Assembly (NCBI GenBank): GCA_964621085.1
Contig: CAZUKY010000005.1
Location: 4,991-68,990, forward strand
Length of the DNA stretch: 64,000 nt
Source of the DNA: an uncultured Gammaproteobacteria bacterium
Lineage (GTDB): Bacteria > Patescibacteriota > Patescibacteriia > JACQRZ01
Reading direction: 5' to 3'
Below are positions 1-10,208 of this stretch, in pieces. Within the stretch, counting starts at the first letter, position 1. Every line of letters begins with the position of its first letter. The position numbers and the translations under genes were made by a program. The notes under the pieces were generated by a model. The model was given only the letters and a program-made list of their open reading frames with translations. It ran no database searches and was not told where the DNA came from.

Positions 1-114
1 GCTCCGCGTATCGATCGTAAAAAGAAAGAAATTCGTCCTGCGTCACATGAGTTTCAGCACATAAGACAATCGCAAGGCAGTACTCTTACAGAAAATAGCG
101 ATTATGCCAATGGT

Positions 115-160
115 TCAAAAATAAATAAGTCCCCTTCATCGCCGATACGGCGGGGGACTT
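115..160 (-). terminator. Candidate intrinsic terminator for the 227-595 ORF
   Basis: Inverted repeat AAGTCCCC...GGGGGACTT at 127-160, followed on the minus strand by a T-rich tract. Confidence 0.4.
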
Positions 161-226
161 TCGGATCGACGCAGCGAGCTTCCGACCACTCTTCCTTTAA
201 TTCCTTTCTCCTCCTCGGCGACCGCG

Positions 227-595
227 TCACCGCTCTCCGGTATGCGCTTGTCGCACGACGCCCACCTGAGAGCGCGCAAACGCAACGATCATCTCGAGGT
301 TGCGCTTGTCGGCATCGGGATACTTCGCGATTGCCACATCCAGATCGCGGGCATCTTGCTCGCGCGCGTCCCACCATCTCGGATCCTTGGTCTCCCTATT
401 TACGAGAAGGTCGAGAATGAGATTCTGACGCGCCTCGGACAGTGCCGCCTTCTCTCCATATTCCTTGGACGCGCGTTCATGCGCCTTGATCCGAAGATGA
501 AGGCGTCCGATCCAGACCACGAGAATGATGAACGGTCCGAAAACTTCCAATCCGTACACGTCCCAAACCTCCTCCAAATAGCGGTTCCGACGCAT
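227..595 (-). CDS. Hypothetical membrane-anchored protein
   Basis: 122-aa ORF with a hydrophobic segment FGPFIILVVWIGRL and a downstream hairpin terminator; the + strand overlapping ORF looks less protein-like. Confidence 0.35.
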   Translation of the reverse strand: MRRNRYLEEVWDVYGLEVFGPFIILVVWIGRLHLRIKAHERASKEYGEKAALSEARQNLILDLLVNRETKDPRWWDAREQDARDLDVAIAKYPDADKRNLEMIVAFARSQVGVVRQAHTGER

Positions 596-685
596 CCGAT
601 TATGTCATAATCACCTCAAAAGGCAAGAGAAAAAGTGCGGACGCGAATTTACATCCCATCATGCCGATGATACGATAATCTGACT

Positions 686-1822
686 ATGAAAGCGAAAACT
701 CTTCTCTTCATCCTCGCGATCGCGGGCGTGCTGGCAGTCACATTTGTCTTCTCTCGCCAGCCTGATGAAGCACCACCTGCGCCGATTGAAAAGCCATCAG
801 AGAAAACACCTGCCGATGCGTCGATCCCTTATGAGACGATAGAAAAACCTAGCAGCGTACGCGAAAAATTGATCGATACGCGATCCGTACCGAACGCAAC
901 TTCCCATTTCAGATTCACAGCGCGCATCCCGACCGAGTGGGATATTGCAGCCATTTCTCAGATCGAAGCGCTCTCCGTATACCCTTTTGGCAAAGAAAAA
1001 ACATCTCCACTGGAAAATTCTCTGATCTTTATTCGCCATTTTACCGCAGATCACTTTCTCACGCTCCGCACGGTCGATATCCTTGAGCGGAGAGAAACAT
1101 CGATAAACGGCAGGCCCTCTGTCCGGTACCGCATCAAAAAGAAAGCGGGAGTTCCTGCGTTTGCTCACCAACCTGCTTGGCGCAATGACGAGCATGTTGT
1201 GACTGATATTAGGATCTCAGATCAGTCGCCCTCCGTTTTTTATGTCATCGCAAAATCGCCCGATCTTTCGGAACAGGCCTACCAAGCTTTTTTGACATCG
1301 CTTGATACTGGCGAGAGTGGTCGAACGCTTGCCGAGCCGATTACGGTGTTTCTCTCCCGAGTCACAAAAAAACCGTTCGGCATCTTTATCGAACCCAAGA
1401 CCTCACCCGTACAGCCCGAGCGGTTCCGCGGCTATCATACGGGAGTTGATGTCGAGTACGAAGACGCGTCCGGCGATGTGCCCGTGAACGCGATTGCAGA
1501 TGGTGTTGTGATCTTTGCGGACCGCACAACAGGTTATGGCGGCGTGGCAGCGCTCCGGCATTCCATCGGAAGCGAGAATGTGATCGCAATCTATGGGCAC
1601 CTGGACCCCGATCGCCTTCCTTCCCTCGAGACACGGCTGGAGCGCGGGATGCGCATAGGCTTTTTAGGAAAAGGTGGGACAGACGAAACGGATGGCGAGC
1701 GAACGCATCTGCATTTCGCGCTCTTCAAAGGAACACAGCTTGATCTGCGCGGATATGTGCAGAACGCTCAAGAGCTCGAGAAGTGGCACAACCCGATCGA
1801 ATTTTTTCAAGAGAAGCGCTAA
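686..1822 (+). CDS. Peptidase M23 family protein (LytM-like), secreted or membrane-anchored
   Basis: N-terminal signal/TM. C-terminal M23 motifs: HTGVDVEYEDASGDVPVNAIADGVV, AIYGHLD, HLHFALF. Confidence 0.8.
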   Translation: MKAKTLLFILAIAGVLAVTFVFSRQPDEAPPAPIEKPSEKTPADASIPYETIEKPSSVREKLIDTRSVPNATSHFRFTARIPTEWDIAAISQIEALSVYPFGKEKTSPLENSLIFIRHFTADHFLTLRTVDILERRETSINGRPSVRYRIKKKAGVPAFAHQPAWRNDEHVVTDIRISDQSPSVFYVIAKSPDLSEQAYQAFLTSLDTGESGRTLAEPITVFLSRVTKKPFGIFIEPKTSPVQPERFRGYHTGVDVEYEDASGDVPVNAIADGVVIFADRTTGYGGVAALRHSIGSENVIAIYGHLDPDRLPSLETRLERGMRIGFLGKGGTDETDGERTHLHFALFKGTQLDLRGYVQNAQELEKWHNPIEFFQEKR

Positions 1823-1834
1823 CGACTTCCCCTT

Positions 1835-3610
1835 ATGCACAATCCGAACGCCAACCTGCCCCGAACGACGTTTCGTTTCATTTGGGACGCGACGCGGCCG
1901 TATTCGCGATGGTTTTACGGTGCCATTTTTTTCTTGTTTCTCGCCGACCTGCTTGGAGGACTGCAATCCTATGCATTCCAGAAATTTGTTGACGCGGCGA
2001 CCAGTTATGGGGAAACAAACGGCTCGATCAGCGATGTTTTCTTCTGGGTTGCGGCCTATCCGCTCTTTCTTTTGCTTGCCGCAGGCAGCATCCGCGGGGT
2101 CGGATACATGCTCAACTACCTGACTGTCCATTCGCGGACACAGGCGGTCAAGTCGCTGTTCGAATACCTCTCACTCCACAGCATTGGCTTTTTTAACGAA
2201 CGGTTTGCAGGAGCATTGAGTAATCGCGTCACGCAGGTTGCCGGCAATGTGGCGCGTCTGCAGAACAACTTCATCTGGAGCATGCTCAGCCCCTTGTTTA
2301 CCTTTTTCGTCACGGCTACCCTCATCGCAACGGCAAGCACCGCGCTTGCGGTCGGATTTACGGTCGGATTTCTCCTCCTCATCCCGATCAACATCGCGTT
2401 GACGCGGCAACAAAAAGACCTGTCGGAAAAAATGGCGGCAACAGCCGCGCATCTGCGCGGTCAGGTGATCGACGTGGTCACCAATATCACGGCTGTTCAG
2501 CAGTTCGCGCTGCGCGGCCATGAACTGCAGCGCCTCGACACGTCCATAGCCGAGCATCGCGATGCCGATGTCGCGAGCGACAACTTCCGCGAACGCGTCC
2601 TTTTGTTCAATAACATTCTGATCTCGCTTTTTATCGGCGGGGTCATCCTCTGGGCGTTTTTTCTCTGGCAGCGTGAAGCAATGAGTCTGGGATCGCTGGT
2701 GATGATCGTGGCGCTTACCCGCGGCTTCATGCGCGATCTCTCCCACATCGGACAAAATATGAACTTTATCATGGAGGCGTATGGAGAGATGCGCGATGGA
2801 TTAAAGGATATCGCGCGACCGCACGCGATCACCGATGAGCCGAATGCCGTGCCGCTTGCCGTATCCCGCGGCGCGGTTGCCTTCGAGCGCGTGACGTTCG
2901 GATATGAAAACGATCCACGTAACGTTTTCAAAAACCTGGAGCTTCATACTGACGGCGGCGAAAAAATCGGCATTGTCGGACCCAGCGGAGCCGGCAAGAC
3001 GACGTTTGTGAAACTCCTGCTTCGCGAGCATGATGTCCGCTCAGGCACCATCACAATCGACGGGCAGGATATTCGCGAGGTGACACAAGAAAGCTTGCGC
3101 GAAAACATCGCGATCGTCCCGCAAGAGCCGCTCCTCTTCCACCGATCGATCCGGGAGAACATTCTCTACGGCAAACTCGATGCGAGCGAGGAAGAGATGA
3201 TTGCGGTCGCCAAAAAAGCCCAGGCGCATGACTTTATCACTGCCATTCCGGAGGGCTATGATGCGCTCGTCGGAGAACGCGGCGTCAAGCTCTCGGTCGG
3301 GCAGCGGCAACGCATCGCGATCGCGCGTGCGCTTTTGAAGAATGCGCCCATCCTGATTCTCGATGAGGCAACCAGCGCCCTGGACAGCGAGAGCGAGGTT
3401 GCGATCCAAAAAGCGCTGCACGCGCTCATGGAAGGAAAAACCGTCTTCGCTATCGCACATCGTCTCTCGACCTTGCGCGAAATGGATCGGATCATCGTAC
3501 TGAAAAACGGCTCAATCGTCCAAGATGGCACACATACCGCACTCATCGCATCAAAGGGAATCTACGCCTCCTTGTGGAGCCACCAAGCGAGCGGATTTCT
3601 TGCGGCATAG
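1835..3610 (+). CDS. ABC exporter, fused permease and ATPase (MsbA-like)
   Basis: Six-TM N-terminal half; Walker A GPSGAGKTT; ABC signature LSVGQRQRIAIARAL; Walker B ILILDEATSALD. Confidence 0.9.
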   Translation: MHNPNANLPRTTFRFIWDATRPYSRWFYGAIFFLFLADLLGGLQSYAFQKFVDAATSYGETNGSISDVFFWVAAYPLFLLLAAGSIRGVGYMLNYLTVHSRTQAVKSLFEYLSLHSIGFFNERFAGALSNRVTQVAGNVARLQNNFIWSMLSPLFTFFVTATLIATASTALAVGFTVGFLLLIPINIALTRQQKDLSEKMAATAAHLRGQVIDVVTNITAVQQFALRGHELQRLDTSIAEHRDADVASDNFRERVLLFNNILISLFIGGVILWAFFLWQREAMSLGSLVMIVALTRGFMRDLSHIGQNMNFIMEAYGEMRDGLKDIARPHAITDEPNAVPLAVSRGAVAFERVTFGYENDPRNVFKNLELHTDGGEKIGIVGPSGAGKTTFVKLLLREHDVRSGTITIDGQDIREVTQESLRENIAIVPQEPLLFHRSIRENILYGKLDASEEEMIAVAKKAQAHDFITAIPEGYDALVGERGVKLSVGQRQRIAIARALLKNAPILILDEATSALDSESEVAIQKALHALMEGKTVFAIAHRLSTLREMDRIIVLKNGSIVQDGTHTALIASKGIYASLWSHQASGFLAA

Positions 3611-3729
3611 TTTACAGCCTCCGGTCGGTCGCATGCGCACTTGACCGACAGAGACGTGCGCGCTATTCTATTCAGTGCTCATTTCGCTGAGCTGTACCGT
3701 CTCCGCAAAGCAATAAGGAGGTTGCCCCC

Positions 3730-4143
3730 GTGGAACCGCCGACATCCTACTACGCCCAGCAGGTGGATCACATCGTCTACCGGGAAATAGCACCGAACAT
3801 CTTCGAGATCGGATCACAGCCGGACGGAAGTCTTGGTAAACTTAAGGAAGCCGACTGCCGTATCATGGACATCATCTACCAAAACAACGGCAACGGCGGC
3901 GCGGCGAAGGACCGTGTCCTCGTCAACTTCGCGCGCTTCGCGCGAGGGGAACGGTCGGAATGGGTCATCGCGAGCGCCTACTTCATCCGTGCCGACGGGC
4001 CGGGCATGTACGGAAAGCGGCTCGCGCTCGAGGAGTGCTCGCCGGAAATCGAGGAGATGCTCTCGGCAGTCCTGCTCGAAAATGGCTCGCTCCGTCGGAA
4101 CTTCTTCATCCGCAACAATACGAAAATAGTCATTCGTCAATGA
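3730..4143 (+). CDS. Hypothetical protein (137 aa), GTG start
   Basis: SD AAGGAGG 7 nt upstream of GTG at 3730; protein-like composition; no family recognised. Confidence 0.5.
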   Translation: MEPPTSYYAQQVDHIVYREIAPNIFEIGSQPDGSLGKLKEADCRIMDIIYQNNGNGGAAKDRVLVNFARFARGERSEWVIASAYFIRADGPGMYGKRLALEECSPEIEEMLSAVLLENGSLRRNFFIRNNTKIVIRQ

Positions 4144-4412
4144 CGAGGGCGTCTGCACGAGGTGCGCCAATTCCGGCCGCGCCTCGTTTCTCTTTCTATT
4201 TAAAACATTTCAGAGAAAACACCCTTGACACATCCGGCCTCTCATGAGATACTGAACAGACTAATCCATAATGCGACAAGCCTATGACATTCGATGATGT
4301 CCAGGAGCAGGAAGTTGCTCAGCAGCCGGCTGATGACGGCTCAGAGGCTTCGGAAGGCCAGGAAGACGGCGCTTCTGAGGAGTAGGCCTACGGCCTCCCG
4401 ATAGCATTAGAA

Positions 4413-4446
4413 AAAACCCAAGGTTACTACCCTGGGTTTTTTCTTT
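4413..4446. terminator. Bidirectional intrinsic terminator
   Basis: AAAAAACCCAAGG-loop-CCTGGGTTTTTT, symmetric with A/T runs on both sides, between convergent genes. Confidence 0.6.
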
Positions 4447-4468
4447 TATGAAAGGTTGCCGTAATGCA

Positions 4469-6331
4469 TTAGGATCGCCCGTCGGACGATTCAACGAGAA
4501 GTTTCTGCCCTTCGCTCACGCCGGTAAGGACCTCTGTCTGCCCGTCGCGAGAACGGATCCCAAGCGCTACCGGCACGTCCCTTGTCTCGCCATTTTCATA
4601 GACCTTCACAAAAACTCCCTTCTCGCCGTCGAACACTGCGGCGTTTGGAATAAGCACCGCGTTATGTTTCGTCGATACGATGATCGCGACGGTTGCAGTC
4701 ATGCCGCTTGAAATCCGTTTCTCGGCCGTGTCGAGCGCGACATATGCAACGGCATTCAGTACTCGATCACCTTGCCGCTCGCCTTGTTCTATGCGGGTAA
4801 CGCGGCCGCCGAACCGTTCTCCTGAAATCTCATCAAAGGTCAGCTGCACCGGGTTGCCGACGGCAACCTTCCCCATGCCATCCTCCGGTACGACCGCGCG
4901 GACAAGAGGACTCGTCCCGGTGCCGATTGTGGCAAGCGACGTTCCGGGACCTACGACTGCCCCCTCTGTAACTGACACACTCAGAACGTTCCCGTCGATC
5001 GGCGATGCGACCGTGACCGTCCCGCCGTGCCGTGCAAAGGCAGCGTTTTGAAGCTCGAGTGCGTTGATGCGCGCCTTCTGTTGTATGATAAGTGACTGGG
5101 TATTTTGAATGCGTGCCTCAAGCTGGATGACTCTGGCTTGTTTCTCGCTGACCGTCTGCACTTTCGGCTCGAGAGCCGCCGCGGAGACCGTCTGTAATGC
5201 AGCCTGTTTGGCTGGTGGATTTTTCATAATAAAGTCAACGTACCACTGCGCATGTGCGATCCGCTCTGCGCTCGCCTTTTTCTCGCGTGCAATCGCATCC
5301 CGCCGTGCCGAGAGCTGTGCAAGCGCGTCTGCGATATTTGAGCGAGACCAGAGCACTTTATTTTTGTAATGGCTCGCGGTTGCAGATGGAATGTTTTCGG
5401 CGACGTCCAGTGCGGCTGCGAGGCGGGTCAGGTACGTCCGCACCGTCTCCCCGTTTTCCAGCGCAATGATGATGCCGGTATCAAGGCCATTATAATCGAA
5501 CGCGTTTGCGCCGAGTCGGACACTCTGCAGTGAGTGAGCCGCGGAGAGCGCATTCGCTCGCCGCTCCCGCAGCTCGGCGGCGGTAGGGCTCACGCCAGGA
5601 CGCATTGCAAGCCATGTGTCCGATCCGGAAAACAGTTCCTGAGAATACTGGCCGACGGCATCGAAAGCGCGCAGATGAAGCAAGGCAAAGACCTCCGGCA
5701 CGGGCGCGTAGACGCGCGCCAAATCTTCTCGTGCCTGCTTCTTTGCGTCCTCAAGCGCAGCAAGCGCCTCTTGCTTCTGCTTCTCATAGGCGGACGCGCT
5801 GGGCGCTGGCGATACGTGTTTTGGCGCAGGCGGCTGAGGCGAAAGCGATGTGGGTGCAGACGGGACTGGTGTCGACGGTTTTGGCGATGGTGTTAGTTTC
5901 CGAGGTTGCGGCGACTCGACGGCAACCGTCTGCGCTTTTTTGATTCGGGCCAACAGCGCTGTATCTTCTGAAAGAGTTTTCTCGAACGAGCGCAGGCGCG
6001 TCCGCTCTTCAGCAAGGCTGCGCGCAAGGGACTCGGACGTCGCGGCCGCATTATCCAGCCGGATCTCGATCAGCGCTTCTCCTCTTTTGATTGGCGCGCC
6101 ATCTTTTCGGTGGACCTTTGTCACACGACCTTTTGCCTCGCCCTTTAACTCTATGGACTGTGCGGCATCGACAACACCCGCAGCAAGCACCTCCTCGGAA
6201 ATATCGCCACGGACCACGCTGACGATATTCGGGGGTTCTTCGCGCTTTTGCGAAGAAACAACGGCAAAAACTCCCGCCCCGGCCGCGAGAAGCGCAAAAA
6301 ATGCGATTCCTTTTCTTATAATCATATGCAA
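4469..6331 (-). CDS. HlyD-family membrane fusion protein / periplasmic adaptor subunit
   Basis: N-terminal TM, long coiled-coil, Pro/Ser-rich linker, C-terminal beta-barrel/lipoyl-like region typical of MFP adaptors. Confidence 0.75.
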   Translation of the reverse strand: MHMIIRKGIAFFALLAAGAGVFAVVSSQKREEPPNIVSVVRGDISEEVLAAGVVDAAQSIELKGEAKGRVTKVHRKDGAPIKRGEALIEIRLDNAAATSESLARSLAEERTRLRSFEKTLSEDTALLARIKKAQTVAVESPQPRKLTPSPKPSTPVPSAPTSLSPQPPAPKHVSPAPSASAYEKQKQEALAALEDAKKQAREDLARVYAPVPEVFALLHLRAFDAVGQYSQELFSGSDTWLAMRPGVSPTAAELRERRANALSAAHSLQSVRLGANAFDYNGLDTGIIIALENGETVRTYLTRLAAALDVAENIPSATASHYKNKVLWSRSNIADALAQLSARRDAIAREKKASAERIAHAQWYVDFIMKNPPAKQAALQTVSAAALEPKVQTVSEKQARVIQLEARIQNTQSLIIQQKARINALELQNAAFARHGGTVTVASPIDGNVLSVSVTEGAVVGPGTSLATIGTGTSPLVRAVVPEDGMGKVAVGNPVQLTFDEISGERFGGRVTRIEQGERQGDRVLNAVAYVALDTAEKRISSGMTATVAIIVSTKHNAVLIPNAAVFDGEKGVFVKVYENGETRDVPVALGIRSRDGQTEVLTGVSEGQKLLVESSDGRS

Positions 6332-6426
6332 TCAGGCTCAAAACTTCAAAAAAGCCCTGTCACTGTAGCAGAGGTTTTTCCCAAACGCAAACGCTCGAAT
6401 ATCCTTCATTTCATAGGCTGTATGTA

Positions 6427-6455
6427 TTGACTTTCCCCCCTTATTCGTCTATACT
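6427..6455 (+). promoter_or_regulatory. Sigma70-like promoter for the zinc-ribbon gene
   Basis: TTGACT (6427-6432), 17-nt spacer, TATACT (6450-6455). Confidence 0.55.
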
Positions 6456-6546
6456 GGGTGTACGATCACTTGAGGCGAAAAATACGATGAATACGAAAAG
6501 GTCGGTTCACCTCACGACGATTCGATACTCTTAATCAGGTGAACCT

Positions 6547-6792
6547 ATGTACGACCAGAACAATCAGGGTCCTGCCCCGATGCGTCAGCTGTTTGACGTC
6601 ACGTCGCTCAACCTGACCTGCACCGAGTGCGGAGCGGCTATCGAAAAGCTGCCGTTCCAACCGACGGAAAAGGAAGACGGGACCTACGGCCGCATCTATT
6701 GCCGCGACTGTAACCGCAAGCGCCGCGAAAAGTTCGGCGGCCCGCGCAGCTTCGGTGGCCCGCGCCGCGACTACAATCAGGAAGCTGCATAA
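6547..6792 (+). CDS. Small zinc-ribbon protein (CxxC...CxxC)
   Basis: 81-aa ORF with CTEC...CRDC pairs and a Gly/Arg-rich tail; SD AGGTGA upstream. Confidence 0.6.
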   Translation: MYDQNNQGPAPMRQLFDVTSLNLTCTECGAAIEKLPFQPTEKEDGTYGRIYCRDCNRKRREKFGGPRSFGGPRRDYNQEAA

Positions 6793-7295
6793 ATTTCCTG
6801 AAACACGAAAAGACCCCGGTCATCCGGGGTCTTTGTCGTTAAAACGTTTTTCAGTTCTCTTCAGACCCTCAAGAACGCTATTTCCAAAAATAAAAACCCT
6901 CTTGCAGACGGCCATGGGGGGCCATAACCGTCTAAAAGAGGGTGGCATGCACAATCCCTATCCCACTCAGAACGCGCATCCGCATCGCTCTTCGCATGGC
7001 GAATGAAAATCCTGAGTGGGACGAGGAAAACCTCATCCCAGGGGTCTCTTCTTGAAAGAGCGGTGAGCGGGATCGTGCCAAGGACGAACAAAATGCCGAC
7101 TCTGACCACCGTTCCCCCCACTACGATGATGAGTTTAGCATTGGTTGATTGGTATGTCAATGGGTTTTTTGACAATTTACCAGAGAAATTGCTATTTTCT
7201 TTTTATTTATAACAAAAATATACTCTTTTTCGACGAAAAAATATCGTATTTTTGTCTTCCTGAGCCTATAAAAAATCCGGTTGTCCACAGAACTA

Positions 7296-7324
7296 TTGAC
7301 AAGCTCTAGCTATTTATCTATACT
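7296..7324 (+). promoter_or_regulatory. Near-consensus sigma70 promoter
   Basis: TTGACA (7296-7301), 17 nt, TATACT (7319-7324); no + strand protein gene downstream. Confidence 0.6.
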
Positions 7325-7331
7325 GCTATAT

Positions 7332-7790
7332 TATTCCCGAACTTCCGGAAGGTTGGGGTTTTTGCAGTAAGCTGCACTCAGCAATAAGGAACTGAAGGGA
7401 ATAAGGGGTGAGTGCGCGCCCCGGTGAGGCGTGCATAGCAAAAAAACGAAAGGAGGAACCCTATGAGCGGGAAGATCAGGCTTAGCGCCTACAAGCCCGG
7501 GCCAGATCGCCGATGCCACGAGAGTGGTGGCGGCGGAGGCCTGTAGCCCCTCCCGCGGGTGTCTGTCGTCGATAACGTCCCCGGTTGTCGATCATTTCCA
7601 AGCAGTTGGTACACGCCTTACAGCGTGCACCAGTAACTTCGGCTAAGACAGCCATACGTTACGAAACAGAAGGGCGCATCAAGCCCAACATGAGACCATC
7701 GCGACCCTAGGGCGACACCTGCGGCCCGAGGCTCATGCATCCCTTGGCCTCGGTGAGAGAGAACCTCTCCACCGGGGCCTATTTACATTC
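7332..7790 (+). ncRNA. Candidate structured noncoding transcript, unassigned class
   Basis: About 460 nt GC-rich with no ORF of 60 aa or more on the sense strand and multiple hairpins. Carries a consensus SD plus a 27-codon ORF (7463-7546). Convergent with the TrmB-like gene. Confidence 0.3.
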
Positions 7791-7798
7791 TAAAATAC

Positions 7799-8545
7799 TT
7801 AATCCGTAGGAAGATCCTTGCTGCCTTGCAGCGCAAGATCGAAAAGAAGGCGGAATGTATTTGCAAGCGTCTCACTTTCAATGAGAATCGTGTACATCTT
7901 TCCTTGGAACGTCGTAATGTCGATCTTCTTTCCGTAGACGCTAATACTGGACTTAAAGCCGCCCTTACTGTCCGGCAAAAAATAGCGGTTTGATTTTGCC
8001 GTCTTACCGGCTGGGGCGCCGGAATAAATGCCGTAAAATTCGGTACGGGCCTTCTTCAAGTGCTCCTGCAACGATTGCACGTCCTTTTTATCAAGAGTGG
8101 ACAAGAGCGCCTCTAAGTCGGTCAGTTCGTAGCAGGTCTTTTCCTGCAAAAATTCCATATCCGTAATATATGCGTGCACTCCTTCTTTCCCTTCGATCAC
8201 CTTTACGGTCGGGCGTTCCCCTCCCTGAAGAAGGTTAAGTTCCGGCATCGCGCGCTCGATATCTGACGCTTTATCCCGAAATTCGAGCTCTTTGCGCTTG
8301 ACGTATGAGTACAGTTTTTCCGGCGGCTCGGCGATATAATAACGTTTTTTGCCCTTGGTAACCGTAGACATGAGACCCTTTTCTACCAACGTCTCGATGG
8401 CATTGTAGATCGTCTGGCGCGAGAGTCGCGTCTTTTTTGTAATATCGATCACGGTGCTGGGGCCGGTCTCCAGCACATTTAGATATGTCTTCGTCTCGCC
8501 ATCGGAAAATCCCAGCGAGCGAAAGATTGGCGTCATGTCTGTCAT
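7799..8545 (-). CDS. TrmB-family transcriptional regulator (paralog 1)
   Basis: N-terminal winged-HTH ([41 protein letters not shown]); start overlaps the ruvB stop (ATGA). Confidence 0.8.
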   Translation of the reverse strand: MTDMTPIFRSLGFSDGETKTYLNVLETGPSTVIDITKKTRLSRQTIYNAIETLVEKGLMSTVTKGKKRYYIAEPPEKLYSYVKRKELEFRDKASDIERAMPELNLLQGGERPTVKVIEGKEGVHAYITDMEFLQEKTCYELTDLEALLSTLDKKDVQSLQEHLKKARTEFYGIYSGAPAGKTAKSNRYFLPDSKGGFKSSISVYGKKIDITTFQGKMYTILIESETLANTFRLLFDLALQGSKDLPTD

Positions 8546-9582
8546 AGGAATGCCTGTTGTGATGATTCTTGAGGTTTATGTTCCGATGAGTGATTGAGGT
8601 GCGCGTAGGCATGCTCGGTTGCGATGCGCCCGCGCGGAGTTCGCTGCAAAAAACCGATCTGCATAAGGTAGGGTTCGTGCACGTCCTCGATCGTCTCCAT
8701 TTCTTCAGAGAGCGATGCGGCAACCGTATTCAGCCCGACCGGCCCGCCGCCGAACTTACCGATAATCGTCTCGAGGATCCTGCGGTCCATCGCATCTAGG
8801 CCCTTCCTGTCGATGCCCATGGCGGTCAATGCTGCATCAGCACCCGCTTGCTCAATAATACCACTTCCCTTCACTTGCGCGTAGTCCCTTACGCGTTTGA
8901 GAAGCCGGTTCGCAATGCGCGGGGTACAGCGGGATCGTGAGGCGATCTCTGCCGCCCCATTGGCCTCGATGCCGATATTCAGAATGCGCGCCGAGCGCGC
9001 GAGAATATCTTTAATATCGTCATGGCTGTAAAAATCGAGGTGAAAAAGATTCCCGAAACGGTCGCGCAGCGGCCCGGACAACAGGCTGACGCGGGTTGTC
9101 GCACCGATAAGCGTGAAGCGCGGCAGATCGAGTCGGATCGTGCGCGCCGCCGGTCCTTTGCCCAGAACAATATCGAGCGCGTAATCCTCCATTGCCGGAT
9201 ACAGGCTCTCGGCGATGACTTTTGAGAGTCGGTGGATCTCGTCGATGAAAAGAATGTCGCCGTTTCCCAGATTTGTCAAAATGGCAGCTAAGTCACCGGC
9301 GCGCTCCAGCGCGGGCCCGGACGTAACGCGAATATTCGCACCCATCTCATTCGCGATCACGTGGGCCATTGTCGTCTTCCCGAGCCCGGGCGGCCCCGAG
9401 AGCAGAACATGCTCCAGATGCTCCTCCCGCTGTTTTGCCGCGTCGATAAAAATGCGCAAGTTGTCCTTGACGGCATGCTGCCCGATGTACTCGTTAAGCG
9501 TCTGCGGCCGCAGGCCGACATCAAAAAGACTGTCCTCGCCCTTGAGGTCTGGGATTGAAATATGTTCCTGAGAGGACTCCAT
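8542..9582 (-). CDS. ruvB: Holliday junction branch migration ATPase RuvB
   Basis: AAA+ Walker [10 protein letters not shown], sensor motifs and C-terminal winged helix; length typical. Confidence 0.95.
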   Translation of the reverse strand: MESSQEHISIPDLKGEDSLFDVGLRPQTLNEYIGQHAVKDNLRIFIDAAKQREEHLEHVLLSGPPGLGKTTMAHVIANEMGANIRVTSGPALERAGDLAAILTNLGNGDILFIDEIHRLSKVIAESLYPAMEDYALDIVLGKGPAARTIRLDLPRFTLIGATTRVSLLSGPLRDRFGNLFHLDFYSHDDIKDILARSARILNIGIEANGAAEIASRSRCTPRIANRLLKRVRDYAQVKGSGIIEQAGADAALTAMGIDRKGLDAMDRRILETIIGKFGGGPVGLNTVAASLSEEMETIEDVHEPYLMQIGFLQRTPRGRIATEHAYAHLNHSSEHKPQESSQQAFL

Positions 9583-9732
9583 AGCTTGATCCCCTCAATC
9601 CTATCAAGAAGCCGCGAGAAGCTCAAATAGCGGTTCTATTTTTGAAAAACAAAAACCCTTTTTGACGCGATCTCTGACGAGGTCAGGTCAAAAAGGGTGC
9701 GGAAAATTTTTCCGCGAAGCATAAAAGAACGA

Positions 9733-9996
9733 TCAGGGCCCCAGGAGCTCGAGGAGTTCGAGCGTGACGCGCGCGAAGAACTCGTCTTCGAACGCAGCGT
9801 CGTCCTCGATATCATCGAGTGGAATCTCATAGGAGACTTTGAGGACTGCCACCGCCATCATGACACGCACGAAGCAGGCTTCGCACGCCATGAAGTGATG
9901 GATCGCCTCATCCGAGACGTCCTGTGGCGGGGTCGGGGAGTTGACGAAGACCGCCTGAGCGATCTCGGTCACCTCGAAGCTGCTGAGAGTCGACAT
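9733..9996 (-). CDS. Hypothetical small acidic protein (87 aa)
   Basis: ATG with SD GGAGGG at 8-nt spacing; an overlapping + strand ORF (9697-10167, GTG start) is the alternative. Confidence 0.3.
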   Translation of the reverse strand: MSTLSSFEVTEIAQAVFVNSPTPPQDVSDEAIHHFMACEACFVRVMMAVAVLKVSYEIPLDDIEDDAAFEDEFFARVTLELLELLGP

Positions 9997-10208
9997 GAGA
10001 GAACCTCCCTTTCGCGGACCTTCGAGGCAAGATATCGCGCGACACCTTCAACCCCTTTCGGAAACTCGCAGATATTCGGATCTCCGAAAGAGGGGGAACA
10101 CGTTTCCATGTTCCCGGTCGCCGAGCGCAATCGCATTGCGATACTCGAGGCGACGCCCGTTTTTTAACGAGGTATATGCGGTCCTCGTGGCGATGCGATA
10201 TCGCCAAA

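Noticed and set aside
7330-7800. RNase P RNA, SRP RNA or a second tmRNA in the structured intergenic region
   Set aside because: No AAAGUCC/ACAGAA P4 strands. No GUCCGGAAGGAAGCAGC domain-IV motif (only a partial CUUCCGGAAGG). No tRNA-like 3' end. The real tmRNA is at 10209-10564.
9697-10167. 156-aa + strand ORF (GTG start)
   Set aside because: Overlaps the better-supported minus-strand small ORF (with SD) and runs into the tmRNA 3' end; weak RBS. Retained only as an alternative.
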